Shown here piece after piece: positions 8,289 through 17,331 of a stretch of 32,000 nucleotides of DNA. A model generated the notes under the pieces. It was not told the origin of the DNA. It ran no database searches and saw only the letters and a program-made list of their open reading frames with translations. This stretch comes from Pseudomonas phage vB_Pa-PAC4, in sequence record PP408251.1; one strand, 5' to 3'. A program made the position numbers and the translations under genes. Each line of letters opens with the position of its first letter. Within the stretch, counting starts at the first letter, position 1.

Positions 8289-8849
8289 TTAAGCCGAAGC
8301 GGTCTGAGGCGGAAGGCCCAGGCGGGCGTTCAGGTCCTTGATCGGCAGCGCGATAGCCCGGGACGGCGATTCAACCGCGAAGGGGCGGGCGAACTGCTCC
8401 ACCTCCGGCCAGACCTGAATCAGCTTGTTGACCGTGGTCACGCTTTCGAGGACGGCCCAGGCTCCGGTCTTGGCCTCCTCCCGCTCGCGCTTGAACTGGG
8501 CGCGGTCCTTCAGGTAGGTGCGCAGCTTCTCGCCCAGCGGGTGGTCCGCGTTATAGACCTTGCCGGGGTTCGAGGCCCAGCAATCGGCCACGCGCTTCTT
8601 CTCCGGGAGGTCCAGCGAGTGATAGGACTCCCCAACCACCTGGACGCGGATGTTGCTGCGGACTTCGAGGAAGCCGTTGGGCAGGGCGTACATGTGGGCG
8701 CGGACCGCTTCCGGGTACAGGTCGTTGTAGAACTCCAGCGCCAGCTCCTTCTCGCGGGCGTCCAGGGCCTTCTCGCGGTCGGAGAAGGAGTGGGCGAGGA
8801 TCGCGTCACGGACCTGCTCGCGGATGTAATTGGACAGACGTACAGCCAT
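8289..8849 (-). CDS. Nmad5-like putative nucleotide modification-associated protein
   Basis: MAVRLSNYIREQVRDAILAHSFSDREKALDAREKELALEFYNDLYPEAVRAHMYALPNGFLEVRSNIRV; resembles the Nmad5 N-terminal pattern as I remember it, and sits inside the modification cluster. Confidence 0.6.
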   Translation of the reverse strand: MAVRLSNYIREQVRDAILAHSFSDREKALDAREKELALEFYNDLYPEAVRAHMYALPNGFLEVRSNIRVQVVGESYHSLDLPEKKRVADCWASNPGKVYNADHPLGEKLRTYLKDRAQFKREREEAKTGAWAVLESVTTVNKLIQVWPEVEQFARPFAVESPSRAIALPIKDLNARLGLPPQTASA

Positions 8850-8904
8850 GATGGTTTCTCCATTTCGTTGGTGCCGCCGGAATGGTCCGGCGGCGGGGTT
8901 TCGA

Positions 8905-9876
8905 TCAGGCGAGGGTGGTTGCCTTGCGCCAGTCATACTTCGAGCGCATCTTGCCTTCGTTCAGACGCACACGCTCATACTTGTCGAACTCGCACAGCGT
9001 GTGTTCGATGTCCCGGGCCTCGAACCGCGGCCCCACGTGCGGGCTCCCGAGCTGCGGCGGTCCGAAGGTTTCGTTGAAGCCCCGGGCGTCCAGGGCGTTC
9101 AGCTCCTGCATCAGCTCGATCATTTCCGCGTTCGTCTGCTCCGGGCGGGGCTTCGCGGCGAGGTCGCGCCCGTACAGGCGGTTGAGCCCGCGGATCGCCC
9201 CGGGACCGGCGTTGGCCCAAGCCCAGATGTCCGGGGCGTTGCGCAGGTAGCGGGTGTGGCGGAGGTCGGTCACCACCTCATAGGCCATGAACGGACCCCA
9301 GCCGACGTAGCGGTGCTGCTGGAACTTCTCCCAGACGGTTTCGAGCCGGTTGAAGGACCGGAGGACGCCCGGAGTGGTTTCCAGCATCCGCTGCCATTCC
9401 TCGCGGTCCTCCCAGAGACGGCCCAGGACAATCTCCGCGATGTAGCGGTGCTTGGTCCAGCTGTACCACTCCTTGGAGGGGTCGGACTCCGCGCGGATCA
9501 TGTAGGCTCCTGTGTACACCTTATCGCCGCGGACGGCGCGGTGCTCCAGAGCGGTCGTGAGCCAGGAAGGCTCGAAGTCAGGGTTGTCGGGCCACTGCTT
9601 GGTCTGGATCAGCTCCGCGAGGGTATCCGGCCAGTTGATGTAGCGGGCGATGGCGAGCATGAACCAGAGGTGCGGGTGGTCCGCGTAGGGCTGACGGATA
9701 TGCTTGTCAACCCAGATCGTCACCGTGTCCAGCTCCCGGAAGATGTTGCAGAACCGCCCATCACGCAGAACCGGGTCCGCGGTCCAGGGGCCGGGCTTCC
9801 CGGCCTTGCGGTCCAGGTAGATGTCGTGGCGAGCCTTCATGAAGGCGGCGATGTCGTTGATGCGCGGGGTGGTCAT
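8905..9876 (-). CDS. 5-hmdU DNA kinase helical domain / aGPT-Pplase clade 3-like protein (HMUDK_hel)
   Basis: Start MTTPRINDIAAFMKARHDIYLDRKAGKPGPWTADPVLRDGRFCNIFRELDTVTIWVDKHIR...; R-x-x-I-Y-x-x-R-x-x-G-x-P-x-PWT-x-DP-x-L...F-x-N-x-x-RE-x-D pattern. Confidence 0.8.
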   Translation of the reverse strand: MTTPRINDIAAFMKARHDIYLDRKAGKPGPWTADPVLRDGRFCNIFRELDTVTIWVDKHIRQPYADHPHLWFMLAIARYINWPDTLAELIQTKQWPDNPDFEPSWLTTALEHRAVRGDKVYTGAYMIRAESDPSKEWYSWTKHRYIAEIVLGRLWEDREEWQRMLETTPGVLRSFNRLETVWEKFQQHRYVGWGPFMAYEVVTDLRHTRYLRNAPDIWAWANAGPGAIRGLNRLYGRDLAAKPRPEQTNAEMIELMQELNALDARGFNETFGPPQLGSPHVGPRFEARDIEHTLCEFDKYERVRLNEGKMRSKYDWRKATTLA

Positions 9877-9887
9877 AGTCGGGGTCC

Positions 9888-10451
9888 TCAGCCCAAGTTC
9901 TCGATGACGGCCTTGATGTCCTTCAGGGCCGTCTCCCAGTGGATGTCGCGGACCGTCTCGCCGTCCGCCAGGGCCTTCTCGCGGACCCGGGCGATGGTGC
10001 GGTGCTTGTCGGCCACCTGGTCCTCCTTGATGGGCTTCCCGCCGTTGCGCTCCTGGATGCGCTTCAGGCAGACTTCGAGCGGCGTGTCCAGGAAGGCCCA
10101 GATCATTCCGCCGTTCGCCTTCGACCACTCCTGCCACGGACCGTAGATGGTGCTGACCACCACGCCCTCGAACAGGACCGCCTTCACGTCCGGGTCCCGC
10201 CCAACCAGCTCCGCGACGGCCTTGGCGGCGGCTTGGGTCTTGATCCGGTCCAGACCGGCGGTGGTCGCTCCGGCGGCGGCGGGGGTGTAGTCCCCGATGA
10301 TGGCGATGCCGTCCGGGGCATACGTCACCGGGATCGGCTTGTGGTCCGGGACGATGACGTTGATGACGCGGCAAAGCGGATCGCGGGCCAGGCAGCGCAG
10401 CAGGGTGGTCTTGCCGGAGCCGTTACAGCCCCGCACATTGATGTACTTCAT
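9888..10451 (-). CDS. P-loop kinase, candidate 5-hydroxymethyl-dU DNA kinase
   Basis: MKYINVRGCNGSGKTTLLRCLARDP (Walker A); ...VLFEGVVVSTIYGPW...IWAFLDTPLEVCLKRIQERNGGKPIKED; immediately upstream of the HMUDK helical-domain ORF. Confidence 0.8.
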   Translation of the reverse strand: MKYINVRGCNGSGKTTLLRCLARDPLCRVINVIVPDHKPIPVTYAPDGIAIIGDYTPAAAGATTAGLDRIKTQAAAKAVAELVGRDPDVKAVLFEGVVVSTIYGPWQEWSKANGGMIWAFLDTPLEVCLKRIQERNGGKPIKEDQVADKHRTIARVREKALADGETVRDIHWETALKDIKAVIENLG

Positions 10452-10509
10452 CTTGGTTCTCCATTTCAGTTGAAAACGGCGGAGCCGGAGCCCCGCCTGG
10501 GTTGCTCAG

Positions 10510-11948
10510 TCAATCTGCGTGATCGGGATGATCTTGCGCTCGCCGCCGTCCTCCTCCGGCGGGGTCGGTTCCACGATCTTCTTGAAGTCGGGCGAGCGCA
10601 GAGCCTTCGCCGCCCCGAACAGCTCCGAACCGCAGCGGGGCTTGCCCTCGTTGTCGTCCGCGCAGTGGAGACAGCCGGTGGGGGCGCACTCCTTGACCTC
10701 CTGGAAGGGCTGGCCCAGATCGGTCCGGGTGAACATCGGGACGCGCTGGCCGTGGCACTGGTCCGCGGTGATCATTTCACGGCCCATCGAAAGCCAGGCC
10801 GGTTCGCCGGTTCCGGGCTTCCCGCGGCGGTACTCATAGCACGTCGCGTAGGTCATGCCCAGCTCCGTCGCCCACTTCCGGTACAACTGGTGGGCTTCGA
10901 CCCGGTACGGCTCCGCGATGGTCTTTTGGGCTCCGGCCTGGTTCTCCGTGAACAGGTCCATGAAGGCTTTGGTGCGCTCCGGGCCGAACCGCTTGTGGAG
11001 ACGTTCGATCATCGCCGGAGCCCAGCTGTAGCCCGCTTCCACAAACTTCACGATCACGTGGTTGTTGCCGACCGCTGCCAGGCGCTCGAACAGGTGGCGG
11101 ATGTCGTCATGGGTGACGATCCCCGGGACCACCGGATTGACCTGAATGGACGTGTATATGCCCTGACGGCGCAGCTCCGCGATTTCGTCAATGTGGTCCT
11201 GGAGGGAAATGGCCCCGGGGGACAACTTGTGCCAATCGCGGTCGTTGCCGGTGTTCAGCGACTTCTGGGCGTAGCTGTAGGGGTTCCGCTTCAGGAGGTC
11301 GATGGCCCAGGACGGGTAGCTGAGACGGCTCAGGAAGAAGATGGGCAGGCCCAACTCCACGAAGGCTTCCGCCCCCTGCTGGGTGTTGTGGTACACGTCC
11401 TCAATCGGCAGGAAGGGGTCCGTGAAGCTGGAGAAGTAGCCCGCGGCGGAGGTCCGGGACTTCGAGAGCATGTTGCGGACCTGCTCGCCGTAGTTCACCG
11501 GGACGCTGATGAGGCCGGTGCCGCGGTAGCCCCGGAACCCGCTGTTGACGTAGCAGAAGGCGCAACCCACGGTGCAGTAGCCCCCATAAGGCTCCGTCAG
11601 GATCGCCTCGCTGAAGCAGGGGCGGGCGCGGGAGCCTCGCTTGTCGTTGTGCTTGTCCTGGTACCAGCCCTGAAGGGGCTTGGCGTTCGGGATGCGGATG
11701 TGCGGGAGGTAGGTGACGTCATTGAAGCCAAGATACACCTTGACCTCCTTCTTGTCGTCATCCTTCGCGTTGCGGACCATCCCCACCTTGGCCATGCGGA
11801 ACTTCGCGCGCATGCCGGTCAGCGGGTCATCCTCCTCCTCGATTGGGCCCAGGAACTCCCGTTGGTTCGGGTCCGGGCGCATGAAATACTTGTAAGCCTC
11901 CTGAGCGGCTTCGCCGGTTTCTTCATTCAGCCATGCTGCGTGGTCCAT
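10510..11948 (-). CDS. Radical SAM enzyme of thymidine hypermodification type
   Basis: CX3CX2C motif CTVGCAFC in TEPYGGYCTVGCAFCYVNSGFRGYRG; C-terminal extra Cys set CAPTGCLHCADDNEGKPRC; position between kinase and PLP enzyme genes. Confidence 0.85.
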
Positions 11949-11975
11949 AGTTCAACTCCTCATCTATTGCGAAAA

Positions 11976-12004
11976 AGTCTAGTGCCTTACCCGGAAGAAG
12001 TAAA
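11976..12004 (-). promoter_or_regulatory. Sigma70-like promoter for the radical SAM/kinase operon
   Basis: Minus strand: TTTACT - 17 nt - TAGACT, with shared CTTTACTTCTTC element (11994-12005); about 30 nt upstream of ATG 11948. Confidence 0.7.
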
Positions 12005-12019
12005 GCACTATGAATTGGG

Positions 12020-12856
12020 TCACTCCCCGATGTTCCAGAACACGATGGGGCGTGGATGGACGGAAGCCAGGTTGAGCGGGTCACTCAGCCACTTCCAAGC
12101 CTTCAGATCATAGAACGGGTTGCAGGGGAACGGGGCGGAGGCGTCCCGGGCCGCGTCCGCGTACCCGTAGCCCTCGTCAATGAACTTGATCCGGTCGCCC
12201 AGGGTCAGGCCCGCGGCCTTCTCGATGTACTCCCGGGTGGCGTCCTGGCTCCGCGAGTATCCCATGTGGAGGATGACGTTGTAGTTGCGGAGCAGGCCCG
12301 CCTCCTCGAAGCCCTTGAGCACCCCGGCGGCGACCGTCCCCGAGCTGATACTGATGACCAGGGTCCCGGAGTCCGGGAGGTGCGGGGCGGTGCGGACGGC
12401 CTCCGCGGCGTTCTCCGTGATCGACTCCGGGAGCTTCAGGGCGTTCGGCATCAGGTAGCTGTCGTGGTAGTTCTCCCGCAGGTGCTTCTTGGCCGTATGG
12501 TACAGGATCGCGGAGCGGCCCGCCGGGATGTCCACGAGGTCCGCCCCGAGCTGGCGAGCGTGCTGCTGTTGGACGCGCGGGGCGTCCGCGGCCCCGTCGC
12601 GCTTGAAGCGGGGCCAGTAGTCCACGGCCTGTTTCCCGAGCTGCTGGCAGACGTAGGCGACCGCCCAGCCCGCCTTCGAGTGGTACGTGTCCAGACAGCC
12701 GATGGTGGTCTCAGGCCGGTTCTTGATATGGGCGACAACTCCGCGAATCTTGCTGAAGGACGGACCCGGGAGCGGGGCGCATAGGTCCTCCCGCTTCACG
12801 AGGATCGGGACCCCGTTGAGCTCATAGGTTTCGACCGGGGTGTTGTTGACGATCAT
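12020..12856 (-). CDS. Fold-type II (tryptophan synthase beta / ACC deaminase-like) PLP-dependent enzyme
   Basis: MIVNNTPVETYELNGVPILVKREDLCAPLPGPSFSKIRGV (VKREDL and SKxRG containing candidate Schiff-base Lys); VISISSGTVAAGVLKGF resembles the phosphate-binding loop. Confidence 0.8.
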   Translation of the reverse strand: MIVNNTPVETYELNGVPILVKREDLCAPLPGPSFSKIRGVVAHIKNRPETTIGCLDTYHSKAGWAVAYVCQQLGKQAVDYWPRFKRDGAADAPRVQQQHARQLGADLVDIPAGRSAILYHTAKKHLRENYHDSYLMPNALKLPESITENAAEAVRTAPHLPDSGTLVISISSGTVAAGVLKGFEEAGLLRNYNVILHMGYSRSQDATREYIEKAAGLTLGDRIKFIDEGYGYADAARDASAPFPCNPFYDLKAWKWLSDPLNLASVHPRPIVFWNIGE

Positions 12857-12857
12857 C

Positions 12858-13742
<885 letters not shown>

Positions 13743-14006
13743 TCACAAGTATGCGTGACTGATTTTCCCGGACAGGTCCTTCAGGATGTCCCAATCAGAG
13801 AATTGGCGACTGAAAGAAGGCTCCATGCGGACTTCTTTGTTGACGTGAATACGGGAACGGACCGTCAGCCACTTGCTGTCGCCGTCCTCCGTGATCACAA
13901 CGTGAATCCACGGAGGTAGCTTGAAGGGCTCCATTCTGTATCCCCGCTCCGCCGGGTACTCCACCCGGCGGAGCAGGTAGTCATATGTGCGCTCCGAGGC
14001 TCCCAT
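13743..14006 (-). CDS. Hypothetical protein
   Basis: 87-aa ORF MGASERTYDYLLRRVEYPAERGYRMEPFKLPPWIHVVIT... filling the gap in the operon, same strand. Confidence 0.5.
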   Translation of the reverse strand: MGASERTYDYLLRRVEYPAERGYRMEPFKLPPWIHVVITEDGDSKWLTVRSRIHVNKEVRMEPSFSRQFSDWDILKDLSGKISHAYL

Positions 14007-14016
14007 GACCCTTGCC

Positions 14017-14700
14017 TCAGTCGGCCAGGCGGGTCTGGCGGGCGTCAGCCTTCGGGGCGGACTTCAGCGGCTTGTGGGCCGGGATCGCGTGGCCTTCCGG
14101 GACCACGATGTGGAACCGCTCAGTGCCGTCCGCGGCGAAGGCGGAGCGGACCCCGTAGCCCTTCAGCTTCATATCCCAGCCGAAGCCGGAGCGCACGGTG
14201 GCTTCGGTCCAGGGCTTGTTGCCGCCACTCAGGGCTTCGATCAGTTCAGCCATGGTCGCACCGTTCGGGCGGGACAGCATGTCCAGGAGCATGGCCTGCT
14301 TCGAGCCCTCGCGGCAGGGGATCGGGGCGTGGCCCGGGGCGGCCAGGTTGGTGCCTCGCGGGGCGCGGGCCTTCTTCTCCTCCGCGGACTTCGGAGCCTT
14401 CGGGGCCTTCGGAGCAGCGACGGGGGCGGGGGTTGCGGTTTCGTTCACGGTTTCGACCTTCTGGGGTTCGGCCTGCTCGTCAGCCTCAACTTCCGGGTGC
14501 GCTTCGGCATAACGCTGAAGCATCTTCCAGGTGCGGGCAATGGCGGTGGTCTTGTCGGCAAAGCGGCGGACGTTCGGGACGGACTCACCGTTGCGGAAGG
14601 TGCCGATGACTTCGTTGTACAGCTCGACCAGGGCCGGGCCGGACAGCTCGCTCAGGGAGGCTTCGGTGTAGGCGACGTTGTTGAAGTTGATGGCGTTCAT
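14017..14700 (-). CDS. DUF3489-like protein with A/P/K-rich linker
   Basis: C-terminal SKQAMLLDMLSRPNGATMAELIEALSG...WTEATVRSGFGWDMKLKGYGV matches DUF3489/wHTH-like pattern; linker ATPAPVAAPKAPKAPKSAEEKKARAPRG. Confidence 0.7.
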   Translation of the reverse strand: MNAINFNNVAYTEASLSELSGPALVELYNEVIGTFRNGESVPNVRRFADKTTAIARTWKMLQRYAEAHPEVEADEQAEPQKVETVNETATPAPVAAPKAPKAPKSAEEKKARAPRGTNLAAPGHAPIPCREGSKQAMLLDMLSRPNGATMAELIEALSGGNKPWTEATVRSGFGWDMKLKGYGVRSAFAADGTERFHIVVPEGHAIPAHKPLKSAPKADARQTRLAD

Positions 14701-14751
14701 GGTAGGCTCCTTTTCTGGGGTTGAGGTGTGATCTTGTTCGACCGTGAGAGA

Positions 14752-14780
14752 ATCTTAACCCCAGCCCCCGAAGAAGTAAA
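14752..14780 (-). promoter_or_regulatory. Sigma70-like promoter upstream of DUF3489 gene and the left part of the cassette
   Basis: Minus strand: TTTACT - 17 nt - TAAGAT; CTTTACTTCTTC element at 14770-14781; about 50 nt upstream of ATG 14700. Confidence 0.7.
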
Positions 14781-14799
14781 GTGGTTTGACTAAACTTTT

Positions 14800-15306
14800 T
14801 CAGGTCCCCGTCCGAAGGCCAACAACCGTTGGACGGCGGAGGGCGAACCGTTGTACAACTTCTTCCCAGAAGGCCCGGGCGGCGTCCTCGTGCCCAGGCT
14901 TCCTGTACCAATGGTTGCGCCCCGAGGTGTGCGGAACCACGGCGACCTCGAAGCCCCAGCGATCATCCGCAAACCACTGGTGGAAGTCCATGTGCTGGGC
15001 CGGATAGCCGAAAGCCTCTGCGACGTTCCGCCCAACGAGGATGACGTGCCGACCGCCCAACAAGGGCTTCATCGCGGCTGCGGCAATCCCCGCGTCCCGG
15101 GCGGGCCACTTGTCGTCCCGCTTCCAGCGCCCCGGGAAGGTGTGGAGCAGGTTGGTGCGGTCGAAGGTCTTGAGGTAGTCCTTGGGCGATAGGCCCGCCA
15201 GCTCCGCCAGACGCCCTCCCGCGGAGGACCGCGGGAGGGGAGCCAGGGGCCGGTCGGGGTCCGTGTTAGGTCCGGGTGCTTGGCCGATCAGCAGGGGCTT
15301 GTTCAT
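14800..15306 (-). CDS. Uracil-DNA glycosylase superfamily-like protein
   Basis: MNKPLLIGQAPGPNTDPDRPLAP (GQAPG motif) and C-terminal VVPHTSGRNHWYR (HPSG(R/L)N-like motif). Confidence 0.7.
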   Translation of the reverse strand: MNKPLLIGQAPGPNTDPDRPLAPLPRSSAGGRLAELAGLSPKDYLKTFDRTNLLHTFPGRWKRDDKWPARDAGIAAAAMKPLLGGRHVILVGRNVAEAFGYPAQHMDFHQWFADDRWGFEVAVVPHTSGRNHWYRKPGHEDAARAFWEEVVQRFALRRPTVVGLRTGT

Positions 15307-15451
15307 CTTTGGGTTCCTCCATTTCTTGGGTGACGTTCAGTTTGAGGGTCCGCTCCGGGACCGGGATGGCCCATTCAGCAAGGCGCCTCCCGGTCATGAG
15401 CAAGAACCCGGCGGCGATCAGCAGGACCGCCTTCAGGCTCAGTTCTTTCAC
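15266..15451 (-). CDS. Small single-span membrane protein
   Basis: GTG start at 15451 with GGAGGG upstream and a GTGA overlap with the RNR stop; (V/M)KELSLKAVLLIAAGFLLMTGRRLAEWAIPVPERTLKLNVTQEMEEPKDEQAPADRPSTRT. The track start at 15490 lies inside the RNR gene and is less likely. Confidence 0.6.
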   Translation of the reverse strand: MKELSLKAVLLIAAGFLLMTGRRLAEWAIPVPERTLKLNVTQEMEEPKDEQAPADRPSTRT

Positions 15452-17310
15452 TCGCACTCCCTCCGTCCCGTGGCCGGGTCGATGCGGCACTGGCTTGCCG
15501 GCTCCTCCGCCTGGGCGTCCGCTTCGGGCTCGCCGCCGTCATCCTTCACCACGAGGATGCCCGACCGCTTCCCGCCCAAGCGGAAGGTGGTGCAGCCCTT
15601 CGCCCCGCCTTCCCAGGCGCTCACGTACACGTTCTTGAAGTCCTCCCAGCTGATGTCGGAAGGCACGTTGCAGGTCTTGCTCACCGCGGAATCGACCCGC
15701 TGGGCGGCGACGGTCAGGGCGGCGACGTGCTCCTGGACGGTGACGCGGGAGCAGGCCTTGCCGCGGACCCCGAACACGCGGGCACCGTAGTCCTCCACCG
15801 TCTCCACCCGCGGGCCGCTGAACTCGATCACGGTGCGGTCGAAGCTGTAGGCGAACACCGGCTCAATCCCGGAGCTGACGTTGTCGGCGCACAGGCTGAT
15901 GGTCCCGGTCGGGGCGATGGAAGTGAGGTGGGAGTTGCGGATGCCGTATTTGGCGATGGCGTCCCGCACGTCCTCGCGGAGGGTCTTGATGAACTGGCCC
16001 TGAAGGTACTTGTCTTTGTCGAACTTCGGGAAGGAGCCCTTGACCTTGGCGATGTGGGCGCTGGCCAGGTAGGACTCATCACGCAGCGTGTCCAGCACCT
16101 CCGCCTCGAAGGCGAGGAAGGCGGGCGAACCGTACTCATGGCCCAGGGCTTCGGCAGCGTTGGCCAGGCCGGTGATCCCGAGGCCCATGCGGCGCTTGTC
16201 CTTGGCTTCCTGCTTCTGCTGCGGCAGCGGGTAGATCGCGCGATCAACCACGTTGTCCATCGCGCGGACCACCTGCGGGATGTCCTCGCGGTACTGGTCC
16301 CAGTCGAAGGCGTAGCGGCCCGCCCCGTCCTTGAAGATGTACTTGACCAGGTTGAAGGAGCCCAACAAGCAGGCACCGTAGGGCGGGAGCGGTTGCTCAC
16401 CGCAGGGGTTCGTGGCGGCGATGGTCTCGCAGTACCAGAGGTTGTTCATGCGGTTGATCGCGTCGATGAACAGCACGCCCGGCTCCGCCCAATCCCAGGT
16501 CCCGCGCATGATCGCGTCCCACAGCGCCCGGGCGTCCACTTCGCGGTAGGTCCGGCCCTCGAAGGTGAGGGGGAACGGCTCGCCGGAGGCGACGCACTCC
16601 ATGAACTTGTCGGTGATGGCGACGGAGACGTTGAAGCCGGTCAGCTTCAGGGTCTGCTGAAGGGACATGATCAGCTGCTGCTTCTGGGCTCCTTCCGGGA
16701 GTTCGGCCACGAGGTCCCAGAGCGGCTGAACGTCCTTCCCGGGTTGCTTGGCGTGAATGAACTCCTCAATGTCGGGATGGTCCACGCGCATCACCCCCAT
16801 CTGGGCTCCGCGGCGATGGCCGGAGGAGGCGACGCACTTGCAGATCGCGTCGAAGATGTGCATGAAGCTGATGGGGCCGGAGGAGTGGGACTGGAGCTTG
16901 CGGATCAGGTCGCCGCGAGGACGGAGGGTGCTGAAGTCATAGCCGATCCCGCCGCCCATCCGCATCGTGGCTGCGGCTTCCGCGGCCCGGACCATGATGG
17001 AGCCTTCGCCGTCCACGAAGCTGTCGTTGATCGTCCCGGAGACATAGCAGTTGTAGGGTGTGACTTGGCGGGTGGAGCCCATCGCGGACTGGATGCGGCC
17101 CGCCGGGAGGAAGCGCATGCCCAGGAGGGCGTCCCGGAAGTCCGCGAAGTGCTGGTCATCGTCCTTCAGGGCCGCGGCGATCCGGTTCATGGCCTCGCGG
17201 AAGGACTCGCCGCTGCCGCGGTACTTCTGGGAGTGTAGTTCTTGTGAATAGGGTACTTGAGGACCGTGCATTTTGCGAGTCTCCTTGAAGGGTTGAGGGC
17301 TTTCTATCAT
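15448..17310 (-). CDS. nrdJ: Adenosylcobalamin-dependent (class II) ribonucleotide reductase
   Basis: MRFLPAGRIQSAMGS...VTPYNCYVSG; NPCGEQPLPPYGACLLGSFNL; SIAPTGTISLCADNVSSGIEPVF. AGGAG 5-6 nt before ATG 17310. Confidence 0.9.
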   Translation of the reverse strand: MIESPQPFKETRKMHGPQVPYSQELHSQKYRGSGESFREAMNRIAAALKDDDQHFADFRDALLGMRFLPAGRIQSAMGSTRQVTPYNCYVSGTINDSFVDGEGSIMVRAAEAAATMRMGGGIGYDFSTLRPRGDLIRKLQSHSSGPISFMHIFDAICKCVASSGHRRGAQMGVMRVDHPDIEEFIHAKQPGKDVQPLWDLVAELPEGAQKQQLIMSLQQTLKLTGFNVSVAITDKFMECVASGEPFPLTFEGRTYREVDARALWDAIMRGTWDWAEPGVLFIDAINRMNNLWYCETIAATNPCGEQPLPPYGACLLGSFNLVKYIFKDGAGRYAFDWDQYREDIPQVVRAMDNVVDRAIYPLPQQKQEAKDKRRMGLGITGLANAAEALGHEYGSPAFLAFEAEVLDTLRDESYLASAHIAKVKGSFPKFDKDKYLQGQFIKTLREDVRDAIAKYGIRNSHLTSIAPTGTISLCADNVSSGIEPVFAYSFDRTVIEFSGPRVETVEDYGARVFGVRGKACSRVTVQEHVAALTVAAQRVDSAVSKTCNVPSDISWEDFKNVYVSAWEGGAKGCTTFRLGGKRSGILVVKDDGGEPEADAQAEEPASQCRIDPATGRRECE

Positions 17311-17331
17311 ATCGTTGCTCCTGTTCTTGGG

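Noticed and set aside
8905-10374. 489-aa version of the helical-domain ORF starting at 10374
   Set aside because: The N-terminal 166 codons overlap the P-loop kinase out of frame and look like shadow sequence; the MTTPR start at 9876 fits the gene spacing.
10477-10500. GC-rich hairpin between radical SAM stop and kinase start as a terminator
   Set aside because: No following T-run on the minus strand and genes appear to be one operon.
9939-12113. 724-aa plus-strand ORF
   Set aside because: Lies opposite the kinase and radical SAM genes, which have unambiguous motifs; no recognisable domain of its own.
15727-17238. 503-aa plus-strand ORF
   Set aside because: Mirror frame of class II RNR; no independent support.
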